The translations under genes and the position numbers were made by a program. 64,000 bases of DNA from Marsupella aquatica (taxonomy: Eukaryota; Plantae; Marchantiophyta). The notes beneath the pieces were generated by a model. It had not been told where the DNA came from, did no database searches, and worked only from the letters and a program-made list of their open reading frames with translations. Of this stretch, positions 51,701 through 62,800 are shown in pieces. Each line of letters begins with the position of its first letter. Position 1 is the stretch's first letter. The DNA is taken from assembly GCA_973895155.1 (NCBI GenBank), contig OZ316891.1, positions 23,807,899 through 23,871,898 of the forward strand. The letters are read 5' to 3'.

Positions 51701-51853
51701 TCCCACTTGTTTCCACACACTACCCGGTGCAGGTGCTCCTGGTGACTGGAATTCGGGTAACAATGTGCGAGGGGTCACTACTAATTTTGCAGCATCCGAA
51801 TTACTGGAGGTCTTGGTAGGTTTTCTTTTATTCGGTGGATCTCCCTCAGACAT
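48800..51853 (-). CDS. gag: gag-protease ORF
   Basis: Capsid-like region from MARNN (51298), three CCHC knuckles, and aspartic protease VDGGASVN...LLGRPWL. Ends in TGA at 48802-48800. Confidence 0.95.
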   Translation of the reverse strand: MSEGDPPNKRKPTKTSSNSDAAKLVVTPRTLLPEFQSPGAPAPGSVWKQVGSIQEASGSLERPTSTRPLFVNLRSGPKLIGSQKTKLRQQTVRSVNQIDSGVDSTTERALSHTEGRNLGLPENTVAESLAQDNSVDLSQLDNPEPLSEAGGSSSSETSSSSGLGSPNPFATRSALPFVTLLAPTTMARNNVRYDRFFGTSKEDAEVYLKEFEAAAASNGQSQDAEKANLFGGLMKKGAQKWYDRFPDKQDWGKLKAAFLAKYKEEGAAARAFARISHLHMKKHGSVRKYADKLLDLVDQYNPATSKSTIKDWFINGLPSRIARYVRREGGTTLEEVQEAAQKYVDSEISERKRVKKDLKKDKRKKKKTSRSKSDSETESSGSSTSEEDESTNSSTSDSSSSSSDSESVAPKKKKSSVKGNNKVPNQKKMDRMMEELSGQLSKLNVNIAAVKPVRRLPAPMRMNVWCTRCSQQGHYPNECPTLRTPVNYVDGQEEAEEYEYDPTYTVQTAPPGQYFPPPPASRPTWGPPKPTFNKPTSRPPMGPPGGYPPRGMPRQKGACWNCGQPDHYSPQCPYPKQEVGYTPVCGNCGKEGHLPVECPNPAKPRLMVRFAQEPVKEASRPEAKIRMVYSEEMEQCSFIQHMDVNRVELKPDSLFHQPVSGVVPDVLVSHLVKPEVVGMPNDRVQNRDKVLTNIYATTRSKKKETKKHEHQKVAKAPKDEGRKPCKEGLDKEDDPAYDRYDPKYFLPDISLEVKDHLEELVKEQVQSPNPPVVVKAKEPLKNPGYDIVEDVKNHPAHITIGELLQDNPVYRRQLRSLLAGKRRKKKLPSVDVLRTEWEDKGPMEIEVQIQGCVIRRVPVDGGASVNLITQSAAFNLGFTKFEPTPKILRMADQSRVVPIGKLTRVETLIAGVPFLLDYVVINPEIPSSFPVLLGRPWLYKAQVQVNWQSQELSFGKPKVTVSWVPEPHFGETQTDDGYTSDFSTSSLVLQPLEFELEEVRYLEVYLSDAPIKPTRPS

Positions 51854-53047
51854 CCCTCATTCTCCAAGCACGGGTGATTTTGAGACACCAGACCCGCTCC
51901 TCAGGAGTCTTTATGCAAGGAGTCATCATTTAGGTGCGACGTTATCACCCCACTCCGGGAGATATGAACCTGCTTCCTCAAAGTGACTTCCCGTAGCGTC
52001 GTTCAACATCCCTTGCATGATTCCTCCCCCTTGCTATCCCGTAGCTAATACTTCCCTTCAGTGACCAGCCGAGATTCTAAAACCTCGTTTTCTCTGGTGC
52101 GTCCTTCAGGTTGAGACGCGGAAAGGCACACCAGAAGCGTCGCGCACGTTGGTTCGTCACAGATTCCACCGGACGCTGCTCACAGCGTCCACTGGGATCG
52201 GACGCTACTCGAAGCGTCCTGACTTGCGGAATCTTCTGGGACGAATCGCATTGGACGCTCTTCGCGGCGTCCTTCCTTATCTCCTTTACGGTGGCGATTA
52301 CTGGAACCGGGCGTTCCCCATAATCTCCGACTTCCTTCACCCTGAAATTTCTTTACCACATGGTACGCTACACTAGGCCATCCTACTAATCAGACGTCTA
52401 ACTCCTTCCTAATCTTCTACGCAATTCCTGGTGCATGATTCTTTCCGCTAACTCCCGAATGGAAATGACTAAATATCACTCCTGTGTGATCCTACCATTC
52501 AGCCTTAATATTACTAAATGCAAACTTTCATCTTCCCACCAGGTGATAGTTAACCAATGTATGCCATTCCTCCCTCTCAGGCTCAGAACCCAAGAATTAA
52601 CATAACGATTCCTCAAATTCCTAATTCTTAATGTTCCCAAAGATCGGATAGGTGGCATCGGTCACACGAACCAGGATGGTTGGACAATTTTACAAATCAT
52701 ACGTCCCGAGCAACGTTAGAATAACTTCACTTGTCACTCAAAGTGTCTTTGGTGTCTTCGACTATCTCCAAAGCAACTTGACGAGCAACAGCTCCTCTCT
52801 GTGAGGCCTTTTCTGGTGGGAGGGCGGTTTCTTCTCTTAAGTTTGGCACCACAAATTTTTCCAATACTCTTAAGAGAGCTTCCGGGGCGCTTTGGATAGA
52901 GTACGGCATCACCTCGAAATGGAAGCTCTTCATCTTTTTAACTGGAGTGATGACGCATCTTCACAATTATAGTAGAACGTGAATTCCTCTCCCGTCTAGC
53001 TCCTTCTGGCATACACTGCCTGTACGTCAATTCAATCTTAAATTCGT

Positions 53048-53065
53048 TCCCCGGCAGCGGTGCCA
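53048..53065 (-). promoter_or_regulatory. Primer binding site, tRNA-Asp (Athila-type)
   Basis: TGGCACCGCTGCCGGGGA, 6 nt from the 5' LTR; 16/18 match to TGGCGCCGTTGCCGGGGA. Confidence 0.85.
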
Positions 53066-53071
53066 AAAAGA

Positions 53072-54458
53072 TGTCGTATAGTGCTAAGTATCAAAAGTGA
53101 CTCTCCTCACCTAAAACCAGGGTTTCGATCCCTTTAAGAACAGATTTCAGAATGAATTGTATAACTTTTATCACTCCGAGTGATTTAGAGTCTTGAGCTC
53201 TATGTTGACTTCACTTCTCAATAAAAAAATCGAATAAACAAACAACAAAGTAACTGAACTTCTGATTTATGAATTAGAGAAGAAATGAGTAAGGATTTAG
53301 AGACTACAAGCTACTGCCACTCCTTCAGAAAGGATTTGGGCTCAGTATAGACATGAAATCTATCTCATAATTCATCCATCTCACTCTTCAAAACACAAAG
53401 GTTAATGATAATGGAATTCTCAATCTGATGAAGCAGAAGCTTTCTGATTGCAAATGAATGATATGATTTAAAATGCCGTCAACATGGTTTGACATCAGCG
53501 ATACGCAATTCAGTCAAACTCTAAACCATATTCCAGAATCAAAGCAACAGTACTAACTACTCTGAGAATCAGAATTTACTTCTCATTTATCATTAACTAT
53601 TCTTGAATTGGCTAGCGAATCCCGACTCTGCAAGCAAGCCTAGCAGTGAATTCAATACGAGTTTCAGAAATCTGCAACTGAATTCAATCACCACAGGAAT
53701 CTCTTGAATTCAATCTTAACTTCAATCAATATAGCTTTACTTCCATACAAAACACTCACAGCATGCCTTGTTACAATGGAAGGAGGAGAAAACTATTCAG
53801 AAGACTCAATTCTGAATACAGTATTAACTCTATTTCTCTCTACTTCAAATGAGCATTCTACTCTGTCTTATAAGTGCTGGAATCCTAAAATGGAGGAGGT
53901 AAGAACAGTCGTGCCTTTCCAAGCTTAAAACTAAACAAGGGAGAAGCACAGCATAAGTACTTCAACAAGGGTGGTAGAATACTACTTTACTAGTAATCTA
54001 CTTCAAAAACTAAGTGTTGAGCGGACGCTGCTAGAAGCGTCGGGAGAATCTGGACGCTGCTAGAAGCGTCTTAAGTAAAACCAACGGACGCTGCTCACAC
54101 TGCTCACAGCGTCAATACTAGGGTGGACGCTGCTCACAGCGTCGTGTGTTGAAGCTGACGCTTTCCACAGCGTCGGTCGAAATCCTCATAGAGTCTTGGT
54201 GGCGGTCGGGCACTGCCAAAAGCGTCATGAGGAGGTTGGACGCTTCCGCAGCGTCTTGAGTAAAAGAAACGGGCGCTGGTCACAGCGTCGGGCAAAGTAC
54301 ACTAGGAATCGTCAGGAAAGCCGGAGATGTCAAATATTTCTATAAGTGTCCAGAACAAGTAAATGTTGGCCGGAAGGTGTCTAAAGTGTAAGTAAATCTT
54401 GTGATATGCTAAAAATAAACAAGTTTCCAGAAAAAATTGCAGGGACACCCATACCACA
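53072..54458 (-). repeat. 5' LTR
   Basis: Direct repeat of 40917-42303, adjacent to the PBS. Confidence 0.97.
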
Positions 54459-56705
54459 CTTAGCGTAGGTGGAGTAAGTAGAAGTGATCGGCATCGCCCA
54501 TCGTGGCCTCTGCTCCCAAGCCGTCTTGCGGATCTCTTCAATAGTGGCTAGAGGTTTGCTTCCTTTTTTGGCTAGCCGCCTGATGTCCTCCGGCCAATCT
54601 CCTCCTGGTAAATCCTTTTCCCTAGCCAGGGCTGCCTCCTCTTCCTGCTTGATTCGCTCCTGAAATTCCTGCACCGTCTGTTTTATGCCGTCGAAGCTCG
54701 GGGGAGCAACATCTGGTGGGGGAGACTCAGGGCTACTCTGCTGGTTGGGGTCCCCTCGCACTACCCTTGGAAGTGTGGGGACAAACCGGCCACAGGTCCT
54801 TACTCTTGGGACGTGATGGTTCGACCCATAGCCGGAATTATCATGGCTGCAGTCCTCCACTGCCTCCTCTACTTCTTGGCCGTCCGGCTTCTCCCTCTCC
54901 TCTTCGTCGGTAGGAGCTTCAGGCAATTCTGCCTCAGATTCGGAGCTTGAGATTCCCACATACATTCGAACACCTGGCTTGGATTCAGGCCTGATTCTCT
55001 CCTTGTCTCCAGCAAAGGGGTTTTCTCTTGTGAGCCGGTGTAGGCCTACCTCTGTAGTAGTGTCCTGCATTGTTGTCGTTGCCGTTGTTGTTGCTGATGC
55101 CAATTTCTTTTCTTTCTCCAGTAGTTTCAGCAGACTCTGCATGCCTGGTTGCTGCATCGGCAAGTCCTCCTTCCTAGGCCTAAACACCTGCTCGATCGTA
55201 GGGCTAACAGGTGGTTGAGGCTTCTCAGCCAATGGCCTCGGCGTTGGAGCTTCCTCGGGTGCCCTTACTTGCAGGGGAAGTACCGGGGCAAAAGTCTGAC
55301 CTCTGGCATACCGGCACAACAGCGGCATGTGATAGCCAGGCCGCGACACGCTCCCCATGCCGATTACCTGCTGCTCCTCCTTTAAGATCTTCTTCAATTG
55401 GTTGAGAAGGTACCCGTTGTAGTCCCGGCTTGGGTCTGGCCTTTCTGCCAGATAGACCTGTGCCTTGCCGATCTCTGCCCTCGGCAAGTTACAATGCATG
55501 GTCACCCGCAAGAAGTCGATCATCTCTCCTATGTGCGGGTTGGTGCAGGTGTTCCGGAAGAAGCCATTCTTCGTTGATGGCCCGGGGAACGACCGGAACT
55601 CCTTGTCAGGCAAGGTCTTCCTGGTATCAACTTTGGTCTTATTGCCTATCGGCAAGCCAAACACTTCGGCAATTACCTTGGGAGTAAGATAGAAATCCTT
55701 CCCATATATCCTCGTGCAATTGGTCTCGGGTTCCCATGACCCCACGAATTCTAATAGGTCTGACTCCGGTACCTCCGGCTTCAGCCATGGTAATCTTACA
55801 AAGGCCTCTAAGCCGGATCCGGCCATGAAGCCTTGGTACTTCTTGGTCTGCATGGCCGTGAAGCATGCATCCTCCTCCCGTGCAAAATGTAGTTGGACCT
55901 CCACCGGTAGGGTTGCCGCCCAGCCCTTCCAGGTGTCATCCCTGGTTGGAATGGCCTTGATGGGATCGACCTCCTCCTCTTCGGCTTCTCCCTGCCTCCT
56001 GCTCTGCTGCTCGGCTGGCTTCTTTGGTGCCGCCGACCTCGTTCTTTTTGCCGGGGTGGCTTCATCGTTGACGGCTCCCTTCCTCTTCATCTCTGCTGCC
56101 CTGGAGGTTTCTCCTAGCACCATTGCCTGGGTCCACCTTTCCGTGCTACCCTTTAATTCCCTGTGTATGTCGTTGCAGTTCTTGATGGCCTCTTGGATGC
56201 CGACGACGCTGTCTTTGCAAAATAGAAGATCGTCGAGTTGATTGGAAGTAGGCGTCCACAGGAACTCGTCCTTGATGAGTTCGCCTCCTAAGAAAGCCGT
56301 CTTCTGCAGCTCCCACAATCGAGCGAGCTCCTGCCATTCTCGAGCTGCCCTTTCTGATTCCTCATCCTTGTAAGTCTTGATGTACTCAGTTGCCCGTTCG
56401 AACAGGCATCCCCAGAAATGTGCCGCTTGATTGACGTTGCTCATACCCTCCTTAGGTCGATCGTCGGTATCTACTCTCTCCCCGAGTGCTTGCTTAAGCA
56501 GTTGACAGTAGTTGGCCTCCCGTAGTCGTCTGCCTAGTTCGTGCTCGCAAATGAGCCACCATCTCCTGCAAGCGCTCCTTACCCCTCTCCTCTGCCGGTC
56601 CTTCTTCCCGTTGATCCTTCCTAGCCGCCGACGCTTAACGCGCCCTAACCCTAATCGAGTTATCACCCTCAGCATCCTTACCTCCGGCCTCGGCCCGGGT
56701 TCCAT
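54459..56705 (-). pseudogene. N-terminal part of the family-X ORF, copy 1 (about 1146 aa before the insertion)
   Basis: Open frame from 56705 to the TSD, containing FVRLPW...VFGLPIG...NGFFRNTC. The predicted tail CGMGV... is read-in from the nested LTR. Confidence 0.9.
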
Positions 56706-56825
56706 GGTTGCCCCTAATGGTTTATATTTTCCTTGTTTTTTCCCTATACTAAGGTGTTCCTAGGGTGCCTTCCTGCTTTACCCACTTAACTGGCTGAGTG
56801 ATTCCTGTCTAGGCATCACAGAATG

Positions 56826-59816
56826 GCAAGATGACAACACCAAGTGGGTGAATCTGGTGGACGTGGCGGAACACCCTAATCCATCTGACGAGGCGGAGTG
56901 CTACCGAGTGTCAACAAGAGCCAAACGGAAGGAAGAGAAGCAGGAGGAGAAACGCAGGAAAAAGCAAGATACTACTCTGGTGCAGCCAGCAATAGATATA
57001 CCCCCGGAGAAGGACGATGACTACCGACGGGACGACCCAAAGCTATTTTTCCCCCACATCGAAGAACTGGTCAATAAACAATTGGAGGCCTACGAAGCTC
57101 GGGAGTACCAGAAGGCAATCGATAAGGACATCAAAGCAGCCAAGACCGCCCGGCGATAGGAGCAAGAAAAGCAAGAAAAGCAAGAGGAAGCCGAGCAGCA
57201 GCCGAAGGAAGAAAAGAAGGAGGACTATGATATTAAGGAAGACGTGAAGAGTTGCCCAATTACAGCGACGGTGGGGCAACTACTGCAGAACAACCCACAG
57301 TACAGACGGCAACTAAGGGAGTTGCTCACGGGTCGCCGGCGGAGGCGACTACCTCGTGTTGGGATCACGGATTGCAACATGATATGCGAGGACCTGGGAG
57401 CGCCGGACATCTCGATTGAAATTAATAATTGTACCATCAAGATGGTTCTCGTAGACGGAGGAACAGGAGTCAACATCATGACTAAAGAAACATCAGTCAA
57501 GTTAGGATACCTCACGTATCAACCTACGGCCCGAGCTATCAGATTAGCAAATGGGGCAAGGGTCCTCCCATAAGGCACGCTCACACGGGTGCTCACTCTA
57601 GTAGGTGGGGTGGAGTTCTATCTCAACTTCCTAGTTATGAGGCCGGTTTGGCCCTCATCTTATCCGGTCCTCCTAGGCAGGCCGTGGTTGTATGGTGGTC
57701 GTGTAGTCACGGATTGGGGAAAGAAGGAGCTACGGTTTGGGACACGGCTCCCGCTAAGCAGGGAGCCGATGCTGCTTCTACCAGTGCAGAGCCTCGTGAC
57801 CACGAACTAGCTAAAAAATCGCCCGAAGCCGAAAACCTGAGGCCGAGACATAAGAAACGAGTCTCCTGGGATCCGTCCATTCCGCTATTGGAGGAAGTAA
57901 CTCCAATCCCAAAACCAATCCTGGTTCCACCCATGTACGGAGGAGTTTGGTTAGCTGAACTTGATGCAAGCCTGGACTCGAGCTTGCGGAACCAGGTTGA
58001 AGTCATCAGGAAGGAGCACTACCGGAAGTACACCATTGGGATGGATAAGTTGTTTAACCTGGGCCACACTCTGACTAGGGAGGCAGAAAAATCTATCCAA
58101 GCTTTGCTCAAGGAATATGAAGATGTGTTTGCATGGAGCCATCACAATTTAACCGGAGTCTCCCCCAAGTTAGGAGAACACACGATCGATTTGAATTTGG
58201 GGGCCCATGCAGTACGGCAGCGACAACGTCGCATGAACCCGAGGTACTCCATCTTAGTGAAGGAGGAAATTGATCGTCTCCTCGCCGCAGATATCATCTA
58301 CCCGGTAATGGCCAGCGACTGGGTCTCTCCCATCGTCATTGTACCAAAAAAAGGAGGAACGGACAAAAAACCTAAGATCCGGATCTGTCAGGATTATTGT
58401 AAGCTGAATGACGCGACCCGAAAAGACCATTACCCGTTACCATTCACGGACATGGTTCTAGATATGGTAGCCCAAAATGAGATTTATACATTCCTTGACG
58501 GATATTCGGGTTATAACCAAATCTGGATTCGCCTCTCGGATCAACTCAAAACAACGTTCACTACAGAATGGGGGACTTTCGCATTTCGGAGAATGCCGTT
58601 CGGACTGTGTAACGCTCCGGCCATGTTTCAGCAACTCATGATGAATATCTTCCACGATTTTCTACGAGAATTTCTGGAGATCTTTATTGACAACTTTGCC
58701 ATCTTTGGAACTGTCGCCATGCACCCTGAACACCTAAGACGTACGTTGCAACGATGCCAAGAAGTTAACCTCAAGCTACATCCCGCCAAATGCTTTTTTG
58801 GAGTAGAGGAGGGAGTGTTGCTTGGGCATCGTGTGTCCAAACGGGGTATCGAGGTGGACCAAGAGAAGGTCACGGCCTGGATGGCGGTGGTGTTTCCCAT
58901 GGATCAAAAAGCGGTACGATCCTTCTTGGGCTGTGTAGGGTATTACCGCCAGTTCATTAAAGACTTTGCTAAAATTGTGTTGCCCTTAACTGAGATGATG
59001 AAGAAGGACGCAGTGATCGAGGAGACACCCCGAAGACGGATTGCTTTCGAAGAACTCTGTAATCGACTCACCACCGCACCTATCATGGTCACCCCAGACT
59101 GGAATAAGGAGTTCCACGTGTATGTCGATGTGTCAGGGTTCTGTATCGGGTCCGTACTTAGTCAGCTAGATGAGGATGGACGTGATCACCCCATCTATTT
59201 CGGTAGCCGTCAACTATTTGCAGCCGAAAAGAATTATTCCCCCACTGATCGAGAAGCTCTGGGAATAATCTACTCGTGTAAAAATTTTTGACACTATCTG
59301 CTCGGCTACAAGGTCATATTCCACACAGATCATGATAGCCTGAAGTACATGGTCAACAAGGCGGATGTGACAGGACAGATAGCCCGATGGGTGCTACTTC
59401 TCCAAGAATTTAATTACAAAGTTTTGGTTCGGCCAGGAAAGGTACACCTCAACGCCGATTTCTTTTCAAGGCTGGACGGCGTGCCAGTCAATCAGCCAAT
59501 TAATGATATTTTTCCGGATGAGGATTTGTTCCACGTAGGGGCGGGGATGACAACGTGGTACGGTTCAATAATCACCTTCCTCTTAACGGGCCGCATCCCT
59601 GACGGCATCAATCAGGAAGCCGCCGCTGTGTTTTTAAGGAAAGCCGGGCCTTATGTCATGATATAGGGCCACCTACATAAGGAAGGAGTTAATGGGAAAG
59701 TACGATGCTGCTTAAAGTATAAGGAAATGCTTATCGTGATGCGGGCCCTGCATGAAGAAGAAGTTGGAGGCCATTTTGCGGCTATCACGACATCCTGAAA
59801 GATTGTGGACTCGGGA
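56826..59816 (+). pseudogene. pol: Host element gag C-terminus, protease, RT, RNase H and start of integrase
   Basis: LVDGGTGVN, LLGRPWL, WVSPIVIVPK, LDGYSGYNQ, MPFGLCNAP, FIDN (mutated FIDD), YVDVS, DREAL, GGHF. Several stops and a frameshift; interrupted at 59817. Confidence 0.93.
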
Positions 59817-62800
59817 TGTGATGCCTAGACAGGAATCACTCGGCCGGTTAAGTGGGTAAAGCAGGAAGGCACCCTAGGAACACCTTAGTATAGGGACAAA
59901 ACAAGGAAAATATAAACAATTAGGGGCAACCATGGAACCCGGGCAGAGGCCGGAGGTAAGGCTGAGGGTGAAAACCCGATTAGGGTTAGGGCGCGTTAAG
60001 CGTCGGCGGCTAGGAAGGATCAACGGGAAGAAGGACCGGCAGAGGAGAGGGGTAAGGAGCGCTTGCAGGAGATGGTGGCTCATTTGCGAGCACGAACTAG
60101 GCAGACGACTACGGGAGGCCAACTACTGTCAGCTGCTTAGGCAAGCACTCGGGGAGAGAGTAGATACCGACGATCGACCTAAGGAGGGTATGAGCAACGT
60201 CAATCAAGCGGCACATTTCTGGGGATGCCTGTTCGAACGGGCAACTGAGTACATCAAGACTTACGAGGACGAGGAGTCAGAAAGGGCAGCTCGAGAACGG
60301 CAGGAGCTCGCTCGATTGTGGGAGCTGCAGAAGACGGCTTTCTTAGGAGGCAAACTCATCAAGGACGAGTTCCTGTGGACGCCTACTTCCAATCAACTCG
60401 ACGATCTTCTGTTTTGCAAAGACAGCGTCGTCGGCATCCGAGAGGCCATCAAGAACTGCAACGACATACACTGGGAATTAAAGGGTAGCACGGAAAGGTG
60501 GACCCAGGCAACGGTGCTAGGAGAAACCTCCACGGCAGTAGAGATGAAGAGGAAGGGGGCCGTCAACGATGAAGCCACCCCGGCAAAAAGAACGAGGTCG
60601 GCGGCACCAAAGAGGCCAGCCGAGCAGCAGAGCAGGAGGCAGGGAGAAGCCGAAGAGGAGGAGGTCGATCCCATCAAGGCCATTCCAACCAGGGATGACA
60701 CCTGGAAGGGCTGGGCGGCAACCCTACCGGTGGAGGTGCAACTACATTTTGCACGGGAGGAGGATGCATGCTTTACGGCCATGCAGACCAAGAAGTACCA
60801 AGGCTTCATGGCCGGATCCGGCTTGGAGGCCTTTGTAAGATTACCATGGCTGAAGCCGGAGGTACCGGAGTCAGACCTATTAGAATTCGTGGGGTCATGG
60901 GAACCCGAGACCAATTGCACGAGGATATATGGGAAGGATTTCTATCTTACTCCCAAGGTAATTGCCGAAGTGTTTGGCTTGCCGATAGGCAATAAGACCA
61001 AAGTTGATACCAGGAAGACCCTGCCTGACAAGGAGTTCCGGTCGTTCCCCGGGCCATCAACGAAGAATGGCTTCTTCCGGAACACCTGCACCAACCCGCA
61101 CATAGGAGAGATGATCGACTTCTTGCGGGTGACCATGCATTGTAACTTGCCGAGGGCAGAGATCGGCAAGGCACAGGTCTATCTGGCATAAAGGCCAGAC
61201 CCAAGCCGGGACTACAACGGGTACCTCCTCAACCAATTGAAGAAGATCTTAAAGGAGGAGCAGCAGGTAATCGGCATGGGGAGCGTGTCGCGGCTTGGCT
61301 ATCACATGCCGCTGTTATGCCGGTATGCCAAAGGTCAGACTTTTGCCCCGGTACTTCCCCTGCAGGTAAGGGCACCCGAGGAAGCTCCAACGCCGAGGCC
61401 GTTGGCTGAAAAGCCTCAACCACCTGTTAGTCCTACGATCGAGCAGGTGTTTAGGCCCAGGAAGGAAGACTTGCCGATGCAGCAACCAGGCATGCAGAGT
61501 CTGCTGAAACTACTGGAGAAAGAAAAGAAATCGGCATCGGCAACAACAACGGCAACGGCAACAATGCAGGACACTACTACAGAGGTAGGCCTACACCGGC
61601 TCACAAGAGAAAACCCCTTTGCTGGAGACAAGGAGAGAATCAGGCCGGAATCCAAGCCAGGTGTTCGAATGTACGTGGGAACCTCAAGCTCTGAATCTGA
61701 GGCAGAATTGCCTGAAGCTCCTACCGACGAAGAGGAGAGGGAGAAGCCGGACGTCCAAGAGGTAGAGGAGGCAGTGGAGGACTGCAGCCATGATAATTCC
61801 GGCTATGGGTCGGACCATCACGTTCCAGGAGTAAGGACCTGTGGCCGGTTTGTCCCCACACTTCCAAGGGTAGTGCGAGGGGACCCCAACCAGCAGAGTA
61901 GCCCTGAGTCTCCCCCACCAGATGTTGCTCCCCCGAGCTTTGACGGCATAAAACAGACGGTGCAGGAATTTCCGGAGCGAATCAAGCAGGAGGAAGAGGC
62001 CGCCCTGGCTAAGGAAAAGGATTTACCAGGAGGAGATTGGCCGGAGGACATCAGGCGGCTAGCCGAAAAAGGAAGCAAACCTCTAGCCACGATTGAAGAG
62101 ATCCACAGGACGGCTTGGGAGCAGAGGCCATGATGGGCGATGCCGATCACTTCTACTTACTCCACCTACGCTAAGAATAGAGCCATGGAGTATGGTGAGA
62201 TGTGTGGGGAACTTGCGCTCGGCATCTTTGGAGAGGAGTTGGAGGTAGGACCCTTTTTCCATAGGGAGCAGTTGGAGAAGCACCAATTAGAAGAAGCGGT
62301 GGCTTTAGAGAGAAGCAAGAAGGACGAGGTCATTCGGCGGCTTAGGAGGATGGAAGCCGAGATTGAAGATCTAAGGGCGGCCAAGAAAGCCCAAGATGAA
62401 CTGCGGATTAAACGACATGAGCTGAACATCATGCAGGGGCAGTTGGACACCGCGCAGGCTGATAATCAGAATATCAAGGATAAACTAACTCAGACGCAGG
62501 GAGAGTTGGCCGACACGATCAAAGAGAGGGAGAAGTGGAAGCAAGAGCTGAAGAATACAGAGGAGGCCCACATAACAGCCAACAGCCGGGCCATGGCGGA
62601 GACCCAAAGAAAGGAATGGGCGTTGAAAGGGGAGCTCGAGAAAATCCGCGGAGCCCTTGAGCAGAAGGAGGTCGAGTTAGGGAAATCCTATCAAGGGATT
62701 ATGGCGCTACAGCAGGAGCTTGCGTCCCTGACGGCCAGCTTCAAGGCCGACCTAAGGGAGAAGGACGAGATGCTCGAACAGACTTACGCCAAGATGAACC

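Larger units (their letters stand above)
40917..54458 (-). mobile_element. Intact, young 13,542-bp non-chromovirus Ty3/gypsy LTR retrotransposon with an extra ORF
   Basis: Two 1387-bp LTRs (TG...CA), TSD CTTAG (40912-40916 and 54459-54463), PBS, PPT, gag-PR, RT-RH-INT domain order, and an 857-aa ORF after pol. Confidence 0.97.
38612..56820 (-). mobile_element. Family-X solo-LTR-like element, 4662 bp after removing the nested element, inserted in host gag
   Basis: TG (tgtggtgc) at 38612 and CA (gcatcaca) at 56820; TSD GAATG at 38607-38611 and 56821-56825. Host gag reads through when it is removed (…VQMIAVE|WQDDNTKWVNL). No gag or pol inside. Confidence 0.9.

Noticed and set aside
57717-57723. 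G GGA AAG as a programmed -1 frameshift in host pol
   Set aside because: Similarity to the intact element continues in the zero frame past this site (ELRFG vs ELSFG), and the host is degenerate, so a mutational frameshift is more likely.
54459-62175. Inverted repeat as an assembly artefact or as DNA-transposon TIRs
   Set aside because: The copies differ by SNPs and indels, X1 has its own TSD, and the spacer is continuous host pol.
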